64,000 bases of DNA from the human T2T-CHM13v2.0 reference genome, Homo sapiens. Below are positions 43,001-57,164 of the stretch, in pieces. The stretch is taken from assembly GCF_009914755.1 (NCBI RefSeq), contig NC_060927.1; one strand, written 5' to 3'. The notes under the pieces were generated by a model that did not search any database, had not been told where the DNA came from, and saw nothing but the letters and a program-made list of their open reading frames with translations. The position numbers and the translations under genes are program-made. How positions within the stretch are numbered: the stretch's first letter is position 1; each line of letters opens with the position of its first letter.

Positions 43001-44945
43001 ATCGTTTGCCTTGAAAACCCTAAAGACTCCTCCAGAAAGCTCCTAGAACTCATAAAAGAATTCAGCAAAGTTTCCGGATACAAGATTAACATACACAAAT
43101 CAGTAGCTCTTCTATACACCAACAGCGACCAACAAAGAATCAAATCAAGAATTCAACCCCTTTTACAATAGCTGCAAAAACAAACAAACAAAAACAAACA
43201 ACAATAATAACAAAAGCACTTAAAAATATACCTAAGGAAGGAGGTGAAGGACCACTGCAAGGAAAACTACAAAACACTGCTCAAAGAAATCATAGATGAC
43301 ACAAACAAATGGAAACACAACCCATGCTCAAGGATGGATAGAACCAATATTGTGAAAATGACCATACTGCCAAAAGTGATCTGCAAATTCAACACAATCC
43401 CCACCAAAATACCACATTATTTTTCACAGAATTACAGAAAACAATTATAAAATTCATATAGAACCAAAAAAGAGCCCTGATAGCCAAAGCAAGCCTAAGC
43501 TATAGGAACCAATCTAGAGGCATCACAATACTTGATTTCAAACTATACTATAAGGACATAGTCACCAAAACAGGATGGTACTAAAAATTGGCACATAGAC
43601 CAATGGAACAAAACAGAGAACCCATAAATAAGCCCAAATACTTACAGCCAACTGATCTTCAACAAAGCAAACAAAACAAAGTGGGAAAAGGACACCCTTT
43701 TCAACAAATGTTGCTGGAATAATTGACTAGCCACATGTAGGAGAATGAAACTGGATCTTCATCTCTCACCTTATACAAAAATTGAACCAAGATGGATTAT
43801 GGACTTAAACCTGAGACCTGAAACTATAAAACTTTTAGAAGATAATATTGGAAAAATCCTTCCAGACATTGGCTTAGGCAAGGATTTCATGACCAAGAAC
43901 CCAAAAGCAAATGCAATAGAAAACAAAGATAAATAGCTGGGATTTAAACTAAAGAGCTTTTGCATGGCAAAAGGGACAGTCAGTAGAGTATACAGACAAC
44001 CCACAGAGTGGGAGAAAATCTTCACGATCTGTACATCTGACAAAGGACTAATATACAGAATCTACAATGAATTCAAACAAATGAATAAGAAAAAACCAAT
44101 CTCATCAAAAAGCAGGCTAAGGACATGAATAGACAATTCCCAAAAGAAGATATACAAGTGGCCAATAAACATATGAAAAAATGCTGAACATCACTAATGA
44201 TCAGGGAAATGCAAATCAAAACAACAATGCGATACAACCTTACTCCTGCAAGAATGGCCATAATCAAAAAACAGTAGATGTTGGCGTGGACATGGTGACC
44301 AGAGAACACTTCTACACTGCTGGTGGGAATGTAAACTAGTACAGCTGCTGTGGAAAACAGTGTGAAGATTCCTTAAGGAAATAAAAGTGGAACTAGCATT
44401 TGATCCAGCTATCCCACTACTGGGTATCTACCCAGAGAAAAAAAGTCATTATACAAAAAAGATACTTGCACACGCATGTTTATAGCAGCACAATTTGCAA
44501 TTTCAAAATCGTGGAACCAACCCAAATTCCCATCAATCCGCGAGTGGATGGATAAACTGTGGTGTATATATACATATATGATGGAATACTACTCAGCCAT
44601 AAAAAGGAATGAATTAATGCATTTGCAGCCACCTGACTGAGATTGGAGACTATTATTCTAAGTCAAGTAACTCAGGAACAGAAAACCAAGCATCGTATGT
44701 TCTCACTGGTATGTGAGAGCTAAGCTATGATGAAGCAAAGGCATAAGAATGATAGAATGAATTTTGGGGACTTGCAGGGAAGGGTGGCAGGGGGGCAAGG
44801 GATAAAAGACTACAAATAGGGTGCAGTGTATACTGCTTAGGTGATGGGTGCACCAAAATCTCACAAATAACCACTAAAGAATTTACTGATGTAACCAAAT
44901 ACCACCTGTACCCCAACAACTTATGGAAAAATAAAAAGATAAAAA
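40019..44945 (+). mobile_element. L1PB1 remainder: rest of ORF1, ORF2 (decayed), 3' UTR and A-rich tail
   Basis: PRHIVIRLSKVKM...LQAKRDWGPI; HISILTLNVNGLNAP; [17 protein letters not shown]1PB1-type 3' UTR GACTACAAATAGGGTGCAGTGTATACTGC...GGTGCACCAAAATCTCAC. Imperfect TSD AAATAGCTTTGGG (31602-31614) and AAGAAGCTTTTGGG (44944-44957). Confidence 0.88.
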
Positions 44946-45189
44946 GAAGCTTTTGGGTTGAATTGATGGGGTTTTCTAGATATAGGATCATATCATCTGC
45001 AAACAAAGACAATTTGACTTCCTCTCTTCCTATGTGGATGCCCTTTATTTTTCTCTCTTGCCTGATTGCTCTGGCCAGAACTTCCAATACTATGTTGAAT
45101 AGGAGTGGTGAGAGAGGGCATTCTTGTCTTCTGCCTGTTTTCAAGAGAAATGGTCCCAGCTTTTGCCCATTCAGTATGATGTTGGCTGT
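44946..45189 (-). mobile_element. Continuation of L1 element A (RT region, [15 protein letters not shown])
   Basis: Directly continues the sequence broken at 31614. Confidence 0.85.
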
Positions 45190-48100
45190 GTACCACATTT
45201 TTTTTTTAATCCAGTCTTCCATTGATGGGCATTTAGGTTGATTCCATGTCTTTGCTATTGCAATTAGTGCTGCAGTGAATGTACGTGTGCATGTGTCTTT
45301 ATCATAGAATAATTTATATTCCTTTGGGTATATTACCCAGTAATGTGACTGCTAGGTCGAATGGTAGTTCTGTTTTTAGCTGTTTGAGGAATTGTCACAC
45401 TGCTTTCCACAATAGTTAAACTAATTTACACTCCCAACAACAGTGTATAAGCATTCCCTTTTCTCTGCAACCTTGCCAGCATGTTATTTTTGACTTTTTA
45501 ATAATAGCCATTCTGACTAGTATGAGATGGTATCCCATTTTGTTTTTGATTTGCATTTCTCTAATAATCAGTAATATTGAGCTTTTTTCATATGCTTCTT
45601 TTGAAAAGTGTCTGTTCATGTCCTTTGTCCACTTTTTAATGGGGTCATTTTTTTACTTGTAAATTTCTTTAAGTTCCTTATAGATGCTGGATATTAGACC
45701 TTTGTCAGATGCATGGTTTGCAAATGTTTTCTTTTATTTTGTAAGTTGTCTATTTATTCTCTTGATGGTTTTGTTTGCTGTGCAGAAGCTCTTTAATTAG
45801 ATCCCATTTATCAATTTTTGCTTTTGTTGCAATTGCTTTTGGCATCTTTGTCATGAAGTCTTTGCCAGTTCCTATGTCCCGAATGGTATTGCCTAGGTTG
45901 TCTTCAAATTTTTTTTTACAGTTTTGGGTTTTACATTTAAGTCTTTAGTCTATCTTGAGTTAATTTTTGTGTATGGTATAAAGAAGGGGTCCACTTTCAG
46001 ACTTCCACATGTGACTAACCAGTTATCTCAGTACCATTTATTGAATATGGAATCCTTTTCCTATTGCTCGTTTTTGTCAGTTGTTTTAAAGATCAGATGG
46101 TTGTAGATGTGCAACATTGTTTCAGCAGTCTTTATTCTGTTCTGTTGACCTATGTTTCTGTTTTTGTACCAGTACCATGCTATTTTGGTTACTGTAGCTC
46201 TGTAGTATAGTTTGAAGTTGGGTACTGTGATGTTTCCTATGTTGGTGTTGGAAGCAATGTACAAAATGTACAAAAATTGCTAGCATTCCTATACACTGAC
46301 AACAGTCTTCCTTGGATGTTGTTGATATGTAGGAATGCTGGCAATTTTTGTACATTGATTTTGTATCCTGAAATCTTGCTGATGTTGTTTATCAGCTTAA
46401 GGAGATTTGGGGCTGAGAATATGGGGTTTTCTAGATATAGAATTATGTCATGTGCAAACAGGAATCGTTTGACTTCCTCTTCTCCTATTTGGATGCCTTT
46501 TATCTCTTGCCTGATTGCTCTGGCCAGGACCTCCAATACTATGTTGAATAAGAGTGGTGAGATAGGGCACCCTTGTCTTGTGCCGGTTTTCAAGAGAAAT
46601 GCTTCCAGCTTTTGCCTACTTAGTATGACGTTGGCTATGGGGTTTGTCATAGATGGCTCTTATTATTTTGAGGTATCTTCCCTCAATTCTTTGTTTGTTA
46701 AGAGCCTTTAACATAAAGGGATGTTGAATTTAATGGAAGCCTTTTCTGCATTTATTGAGATGATCATATGGTTTTTGTCTTTAGTTCTGTTTATCTGATG
46801 AATCATGTTTATTGATTTGCATATGTTGAACCAACTTTGCATCCCAGTAATAAAGCCTGCTTTCATGGTGGATTAACTTTTTGATGTACTGCTGGATTCA
46901 GTTTGTCAGTATTTTGTTAACTTAACATAGACTTTTGCATCTGTATTAATCAAGGATATTGGCCTGAAGTTTTCTTTGTTTGTTGTGTCTCTGCCATGTT
47001 TGGTATCAGGATAATATTGACCTCATAGAATCAGTTGGAGAGGAGTCCCTCCTCCTCAACTTTCTGAAATAGTTTTAAGAGGAATGGTACCAGTTCTTCT
47101 TTGTACATCTGATGGAATTCAGCTGTGAATCTGTCTGGTCCAGGACTTTTTTGGCTGGTAGGCTATTTATTACTGATTCAATTTCAGATCTCGTTATTGG
47201 TCTGTTCAGGGATTCAATTTCTTTTTGATTCAGTCCTGAGAGGGGTTATGTGTTCAAGAATGTATCCATTTCTTCTATATTCTCTAGCTTGTGTGCATAG
47301 AGTTGTTCATATTAGCCTCTAATGGTGATTTGTATTTCTGTGGGGTCAGTGGTAATATCCCTTTTGTTGTTTCCGACTGTGTTTACTTGGATCTTCTCTC
47401 TTTTCTTCTTTATTAGTCTAGCTAGCAGTCTATCTATCTTATTTTTTTTTTCAAAACCCCACTCCTGGCTTCATTGATCTTTTAGATGGTTTTTTTGTAT
47501 CTCAAAAGCTGTCTTCAGTTCAGTTCTGATTTTGGTTATTTCTTGGCTTCTGTTAGCTTTGTGGTTGGTTTGCTCTTGCCTCTCTAGTTCTTTTTGTTGT
47601 GATGTTAGGTTGTTAATTTGAGATCTTTCTAACTTTATGATGTAGGCATTTAGCACTATAAATTTCCCTCTTAACGCTGTCTTAGCTGTGTCCCAGAGAT
47701 TCTGGGTATGTTGTAGCTTTGTTTTCATTAGTTTTAAAGAACTTATTTATTTCTGTCTTAATTTTAGTATTTACCCAAAAGTCATTCTGGAGCAGGTTGT
47801 TTAATTTCCATGTAATCATATGGTTTTCAGCAATTTTCTTAGACTTGAATTCTATTTTTTTGCACTGTGGTCTGAGAGAGTGGTTAGTATGATTTTAGTT
47901 CCTTTGTATTTTCTAAGGATTGTTTTATGTCCAATTGTGTGGCCAATTTTTGAGTACGTACCAGGTGCAGATGAGAAGAATATATAATCTGTTGTTTTGG
48001 GGTGGCGTGTTCTGCAGAGGTATATCAGATCCATTTGGTCCAGTGTTGAGTTCAGGTCCTGAATACCTTTGTTAATTTTCAGCCTCAATGATCTAATACC

Positions 48101-49560
48101 ACCAGTGGGGTTGTAAAGTCTCCTGCTACTATTGTTTGAAAGTTTAAGTCTCTTTGTAGGTCTCTAAGAACTTGTTTTATGAATCTGAGTGCTCCTGTAT
48201 TGGGTGCATATATATTTAAGATGGTTAAGTCTTCTTGTTGAAGTGAACCCTTTACCATTATGCAATGCCCTTCTTTGTCTTTTTTGATCTTTGTTGGTTT
48301 AAAGTCTGTTTTGTCTGGAGGTAGGATTGCAACCCCTGCTTTTTTTGTGTTTTCTATTTGCCTGGTAGATTATTCTCCATCCCTTTATTTTGAGCCTGTG
48401 GGTGTCACTGCATGTGAAATAAGTCTCTGAAGACAGCATACCATAGGGTCTTGCTCCTTTATGCAGTTTGCAAGTCTGTGCCTTTTCATTGGGAGCATTT
48501 AGCCCATTTACATTCATCGTTAGTATTGATACATATAGATTTGATCCTGTCACCTGTTGTTAGCTGTTTTTATGCCAACTTGTCTGTGTGGTTGCTTTAT
48601 AATGTCACTGCCCTGTGTATTTAGGTGTGTGTTTTGTAGTGGCTAGTAATGGTCTTTTCTTTCTATATTTATTGCTGCTTTCAAGAGCTCTTGTAAGGCA
48701 GGTCTGGTGGTAATAAATTCTCTCAGCATTTGCTTGTCTAAAAGGATCTTATTTCTCCTTCATTTAGGAAGCTTAGTTTGGCTGGATATGACATTCTTGG
48801 TTGGAATTTCTTTTCTTTAAGAATGTTGAATATGGGCCCCCAATATATTCTGGCTTGTAGAGTTTCTGCTGAGAGGTCCACTGTTAGTCTGATGGACTTC
48901 CCTTTGTAGGTGACCTGTCCTTTCTCTCCAGCTGCCTTTAACATTTTTTCTTTCATTTTGACCTTGAAAATCTGATGATTATGTGTCTTGGGCATCATGA
49001 TCTTGTCAAGTATTTTGTGGGGGTTCTCCATATTCCTGGAATTTGAATGTTTGCCTCTCTAGTTGGGTTGGGGAAGTTGTCATGAGTGATATCCTTAAAT
49101 ATGCTTTCCAAGTTGCTTCCATTCTCCCCATCTCTTTCAGAGATGCCTATGAGTCATATATTTGGTCTCTTTACATAATCCTATATTTCTCAGAAGTTTT
49201 GTTTGTTCCTTTTTTTCTCCTTTCCTTACTATTGTCTAACTATCTTATTTCAAAAAGCCATTTTTCAAGCTTGAGATTCTTTCCTCAGCTTGGTCTCTTC
49301 TACTGTTAATATTTGTGACTGCATTATGAAATTCTTGTAGAGTGTTTTTCAGCTCTATCAGGTTGGTTACATTATTTTCTATACTGGCTATCTTGTCTTT
49401 CAGCTCCTGTATCATTTTACTGTGATTCTCAGCTTCCTTAAATTGGGTTTCAATATTCTCCTGAATATCAATGATCTTCATTACTATCGACATTCTGAAT
49501 TTTATTTCTGTCATTTCAGTCATTTCAGCCCAGTTAAGAACCCTTGCTGGAGACCTAGTG
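45190..49560 (-). mobile_element. Second old L1 (element B, L1PA15/16-like): ORF2 and ORF1, lacking its 3' UTR and 5' UTR
   Basis: ORF2 start MTGSNLYVSILTMNVNGLNAP (48553). ORF1 peptides at 48738-49031 and 49245-49523. It repeats the ORF2 3' region already present in element A but with diverged sequence. Confidence 0.85.
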
Positions 49561-49569
49561 CAGTTCAGG

Positions 49570-49687
49570 TTGGGGAGGGGCTATGCTACTGAGATCTAGT
49601 GGGTAGAGACCAGAAATACTTCTAAACATCTTGAAATGCACAGAATTATCTGACCCAAAATGTCAGTGCTAAGGTTGAAAATCCTGG
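49570..49687 (+). mobile_element. MER20 3' fragment
   Basis: TGCTACTGAGATCTAGTGGGTAGAGACCAG...AATTATCTGACCCAAAATGTCAGTGCTAAGGTTGAAAATCCTG. Confidence 0.75.
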
Positions 49688-49827
49688 GGTAAAAGAAATG
49701 GGGGTGTTTAAGCAAGGAAAGAAAAAATTTAAAAGGGTCCTAAATTCTATATGCAAATGTTTTCTCTTTTTTACAGCATTCTTGCTTATTTCACAGTTGT
49801 GATGGCCTCTCAAAATTCTCAAATAAT

Positions 49828-50070
49828 AGTGTATATATATACACACACACACAAACACATATATGTATGTATATATACATAATTATTTGATACTACGTAT
49901 ATATTATCAAATAATTTTGGTAACAAATACTTATTTGTAACAAATAAAGTAACAAATATATTATTGTTGCATGTTATATTATTGTCATATACTATTGTTT
50001 GATTCTCTCTATTTCTATATATATATACACACACATATATATTGTGTGTGTATACACACACACACACACA
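49828..50070. repeat. Compound (TA)n/(CA)n/(TG)n microsatellite region
   Basis: Visible dinucleotide tracts at 49830-49880 and 50016-50070. Confidence 0.85.
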
Positions 50071-51640
50071 TCTTTTCTGTTCCTAAAATTATTTGTTTCC
50101 TCAGGGTATTCTCATTTGTCTGTTTCTGTTTATACATGAGGTTCTACATAGTGACCTCAACCCTGACTGCACATTAGACCAGTGAATCCCAAGCTCTGGG
50201 AGTAAGGCCTAAGCATCTGTAGTTTTCTAAAGTTCCCAGGTGATTCGGAAACACAGCTAGCGTCTACATGAACAAGTATCAGAAGCTTAAGTGGTTTTCT
50301 TTCGTACAAATGAAGCTCTCTGCCCCACCACACTTTCTTAGGTGAATACAGATTTTGATTTTGGAACCCTTAAGAAGAGTTGCATTGGAAGAAAAAGATG
50401 GGATTGGAAAAAAAGCTGCTGCCACGAAGAACTTAGTCTTCAAAAATTAAAGAAACTATTGATGCCCTGGGTGGGTGCAGCAGAAAGACCCACAGAGGCT
50501 CATGGGATGGGTGCTAAGCCTCAGGATGGTAGGGAGAAGCATAAGAATAATAGAAATATTGGACAAAGAGCCTGATATAGAGCAGATCCAGCTTTATCAG
50601 TTCACTTTCTCTTCTCAAGGGCCACTACCTTCTGCACCTGCTTTCTATAGAACCAAGTTGCTGAGCCCTGCCAACTTAGCTCTGTATTTCCTTTGTTGGG
50701 TGGGAAGTGTTGAGTTTCTCCCTAAAAATGTCAATTTATAGTCTCCATCTATATTTGGGAATCAGTGTACACTGCCAGTCATTTTTAAGGCACATAGTCA
50801 CAATTTTACACAGCATATTCAACAAAAAGCTGGAAAGTCAGTAAAATCACAAACATAGAAAAGGAAATGTAGGTGTCCTATCCTACAGAACTGGCGAGGT
50901 AGCCTATAATGTGAATTGGTTATGTCAAAGTCCTCCAAGGTCTCCATTACTTTTTCACATTAACTCAAGTCTCTGAGGTTTCTACATGGCCACACAGCAT
51001 CTCTAGGTTGCAAAGCTCCTCCCTCTTCTGCTTCATCCCTGTCTTCCCACAGATAAGTGCAGACAAGTAACCACAGTCCTGATTTCTATTGGTGTTGGAT
51101 GAGACCAGCTAACTTCAGAGACCCTGCTCTGACAGTATTAAGAAGGCGTATAGCTGGGGTGTGATCACCATGTTTGCAGTGTTTCTTTCGTGTTCATGTT
51201 AAGAAAGGCCTCCTCCAGCCTCTCAGCAATGTCAAGGTGCATCGGGGAAATAAATAGATCAGTGTTCCCTCCTCAGGATTGGTCAGTGTGGGAAAAAGGG
51301 CTCATGTATGAGGCAACCACAAAGTCAGGGAGAGGACAGTCTTATTTAGCTACACAGACACTTGGGTGAGAGATTCTAGGAACTCAGAATCGCAATGAAC
51401 TAACACACATCTGAAATAAGGAGCTTTTCAATGAGGATGAAGGGTAACAGATTACAGTTTAGCCCAGAACACACATAATAATTTTGCTTTTATTACATTA
51501 CATAGAGACATGGATCCTTCCCCAAAAACAATCTTCTCCATGGGCTGAAATTCATTCACCGTATATTAATTGAGCAGCTAGGAAGAGTTCTGAGCACTGA
51601 GGATGCAACAATGAACAAATCAGAACAATTCCCTGTATTA

Positions 51641-52154
<514 letters not shown>

Positions 52155-52169
52155 TCAAGAGACGGCTTC

Positions 52170-52577
52170 TGAAACAGTATGGATCTGTGTCTCCACCCAA
52201 ATTTCATGTCAAATTATAATCCCCAAAGCTGGAGGTGGAGGTGATCGGATCATGGGAGTGGTTTCTCATGGTTTAACACCATTCCCTCTAATGCTGTTCT
52301 CATGGTAGAGTTCTCATGAGATCTGGTTGTTTAAAAGTGTATGGCACCTCTCCCTTCGCCTTCGCTCTCTTCCTCCTGCTCTGGCCATGTGATGTGCCTG
52401 CTCCTGCTTTGCCTTCCACCATGAGTAAAAGTTTCCTGAGGCCACCCCAGAAGTTGAGCAGAAGCCACTATGCTTCCTGTACAGTCTGCAGCACTGTAAG
52501 CCAATTAAAACTCTTTTCTTTATAAATTACCCAGTCTTGGGTATTTCTTTATAACAATATGAGAATAGACTAATACA
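52170..52577 (+). mobile_element. MSTA-like MaLR solo LTR
   Basis: TG...CA termini (...GACTAATACA). 5-bp TSD GCTTC at 52165-52169 and 52578-52582. Confidence 0.85.
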
Positions 52578-52643
52578 GCTTCCAACCTAGAGAAGTATCC
52601 ACATGTAGTCTCCCACTTTGGTTAAAATTCTGAATTATCCCAT

Positions 52644-53388
<745 letters not shown>

Positions 53389-53726
53389 CCATTATCAGTT
53401 CTTAATGGAGTAGTACAAAAAGCATTGTTGCTGGAGTCAAAGATGAATTCAAATCGCTGTCTTGCACTAAGCCAGCTAAGAAAATTCTGCCAGGAATCAA
53501 TCATTTTATGAAAACAACAATAGTAATTGTATTTCATAGTAATTAAATGAGATGATAGTATATAATGTGGCTAACTCCAGAGCCTGAACACACAGAGGCA
53601 CTAAATAAGTAACTGTCATGGAGTAGTCTATTATGAAATGGGTCACAGGACAAATAGGTTTTAATGAATGTAATAACTAGCCAATTAGCTAGGCACTGTT
53701 CTAAGTGCTTTACAAATGCAGACTCA

Positions 53727-53885
53727 GGCCGGGTGCAGTGACTCATGCTTGTAATCCCAGCACTTTGGGAGGCCAAGGCAGTAGGATCACTTGAACCCAG
53801 GAGGTTGAAGCTGCAGTGAGCTATGATTGTACCACTACACTCCAGCCTGAGTGACGGAGCAAGGCCCTGTCTCTTAAACAAAAAA
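53727..53885 (+). mobile_element. Monomeric Alu (FRAM-like or recombined AluJ) inside a MIR
   Basis: A single ~160-bp monomer with AluJ-type right-arm text. TSD AAATGCAGACTCA (53714-53726) and AAATGTAGGCTCA (53886-53898). Confidence 0.8.
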
Positions 53886-54259
53886 AATGTAGGCTCATTC
53901 AGTCCTCACAAAAACCTTTGAAGTAGGTGCTATTATTTCTATTTAATAGATGGGGAAATTAGGATAAAGAGAGATTAATTTGCCCAATATTTGGGCTTGT
54001 ATTAGTTAAAAGTTTTTTTATTATTATTATTATTCTATAGCTTCATAAACAACTCTGAAATCTCAGTGACTTAACACAGTACAAGTTTTCTTCCTTGCCC
54101 AAGTCACAGGCCAATTAGACATTCAGTGAAGGCCATCATGTAGGGATTCGGAGTTAGTCTGAATCACCAAAGGTGGTAACTACCAACTTTTAGGTTCTCA
54201 GAATCCTCTTGTGGACCCTCTGCATCCAGGCTGGAGAAAGAATAAGGAAGAGCTTAAAG

Positions 54260-54963
54260 CAATCTTTCTCAACCTCAGTATTTGTATGGTTAATTTTATG
54301 TGTCAATTTGGCTGGGTTAAGGGATGCCCAAATAGCTGGTAAAATATTATTTCTGGGGATGTGTATGAGAGTATTTCTGGAAGGGATTGGAATTTGAATA
54401 AACAGACTGAGTAAGGAAGATCTGCCCTCAGCAATGAGGGTGGCAACATCCAACTCATTGAGGGCCTAAATAATACAATAGAGAAAGGACAAATTCTCTC
54501 TCTTCTTCAGCTGGAACATCCATCTTCTCCTGCCCTTAGGCATGAGAGCTCCTGGTTCTCCGGTCTTCCAACTCTGGGACTTTTACCAGTTGCCCCTCAG
54601 TTCTCTGGCTTTCTGCCTCTAAGTATCAGGGCTTCAGACCCAGACTGAATTATATCATCAGTTTTTCCGGGTCTCCAGCTGGCAAATGTAGGACTTCTAA
54701 GACTCCATCATTGTGTGAGCCAATTCTCACAATAAATATCCAGTTATATGTATGTGTGTATATCCTATTGGTTCTGTTACTCTGAAGAACTTTAATACAG
54801 TATTATTGACATTTTGGACTGGATCATTTCTCATTGCTGTTCTATGCATTATAAGATGTTTAGCAGTATCCCTGGCCGCCAGTGACCATCTGCCAGTTGT
54901 GATGAGGGGTGGGAGGGTATATGTGTGTATACATGAGTGTGTGCCCCCTAGTTGAGAATAATG
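54260..54963 (-). mobile_element. MER20 (hAT) split by an MLT2 LTR
   Basis: TIR-like ends CAATCTTTCTCAACC ... GTTGAGAATAATG. Perfect 8-bp TSD GCTTAAAG at 54252-54259 and 54964-54971. Confidence 0.8.
54283..54799 (+). mobile_element. ERV-L solo LTR (MLT2B/C/D-like)
   Basis: TGTATGGTTAATTTTATGTGTCAATTTGGCTGGG ... CTTTAATACA. TSD GTATT at 54278-54282 and 54800-54804. Confidence 0.82.
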
Positions 54964-55201
54964 GCTTAAAGGATCACTCCAAGGTTTTAGAGGTTAAGCT
55001 AGAAAGTGGTCATATTTCTTTTACTAAAATTTTATTGCCTAGAACTCAAATGGCCACAGGTAGCTTCTTGAGGGTTGGAAAATGTAAGCCAGCCGTGTGT
55101 CCAGGAACAAGAGGAAGTCTGGGAAGATTAGATGAGCAACGCTGGATTTGCCTGAGATATATAGACCTCCAAAAACATACTAAAAGCTTCAGAGAAACTA
55201 G

Positions 55202-55636
<435 letters not shown>

Positions 55637-56182
55637 TAATGCAATAAATCACTAGATGCCATGTTTCCTGGGTAGATATATTTGTCAGATAACATGATAT
55701 AGCAATCAACATTTCCCAGTCATCTGTGGGAAAACTGAACATGGGAATAAAGCTGGGATGATAGGAATGTTTTCATGAGGCTGTCCAGACCCAATCACGT
55801 TCCAGAAAGATGAACGTCTGCAATATGTATGGCCAGGAGTGCAAGAGAGCTAGAACTGCATTTTTGGGAGAGGAGAAGTGGAGAATCTTTGGATACATGT
55901 CACAAATAATGAAGAGTCAAAAACAAGGAGAGGTAGAAGCAAGAGTAAAGTTGCCATTCATTTACTATCAATAGTTTCAAATAAATATTTCGGCCTACTG
56001 TAAAGGCATGTTGTAAAGTTGATTAATAAGTGACATTTTCTAGAATCCCACTTGAAGCACTAGCATTTTTGTATTTCAAAGCAGGTTAGGTCATTTTTTT
56101 TCTGTACAGAAAAAAACATATGTCTTTTGTAAGGATCATCTAAATCGCAGTTGGCTTCCTGATGGTGTATTAAAAACCTTTA

Positions 56183-56571
<389 letters not shown>

Positions 56572-57019
56572 TTATTTCTCGGCTGCCTAGTTTGTACATT
56601 TTTCTCTTTACTACATAATCATATTGAAAAGAACTAGAAATGCTCAACTTTCTACCAACTGGCATCAAATCAAATTCTAGGAGCCAAGGCTAGCTTCTCC
56701 AACCACACTTAGCTTCATCCCACCCAACCCCTGCCCTAAGTAAAAGACAACAACACTACATCTTTGTGCCAATAAAATCAATCTAATTCAGCCTAGGTCA
56801 TTGGATTAAAGAAAAAATAGTCTTCCAATAAATCAAAGTTATTGATAGCCTAAGTCTCACTAAAATTAATAATTTTATTTTTTGAAAAAAAACCACAAAA
56901 GCTAATATTAAATGAAGAAAAGGGAAAAAGGATGGGAAAAAGAAGAAAGGAGGAGAATAAGATACTCTGAGCTGTAGATAAGTCTTGGTAAGCTAATTTA
57001 TTTCCAGTCTCATAAAATA

Positions 57020-57164
57020 CAAATGGTCCCCAACTTAAAATGATTTAACATTTTTCAGCTTTATGATAGGCTTATCAGGACATAACCTGATGCATTTCAA
57101 CTTATGATATTTTCAACTTACAAATAAATGTATGGAGGTGTAAGCCCATCATAAAGAACATCTG
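57020..57164. mobile_element. TcMar-Tigger MITE (MER47/Tigger5-like)
   Basis: TA|CAAATGGTCCCCAACTTA ... AAGAACATCTG|TA, with TA target dinucleotides on both sides. Confidence 0.7.
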
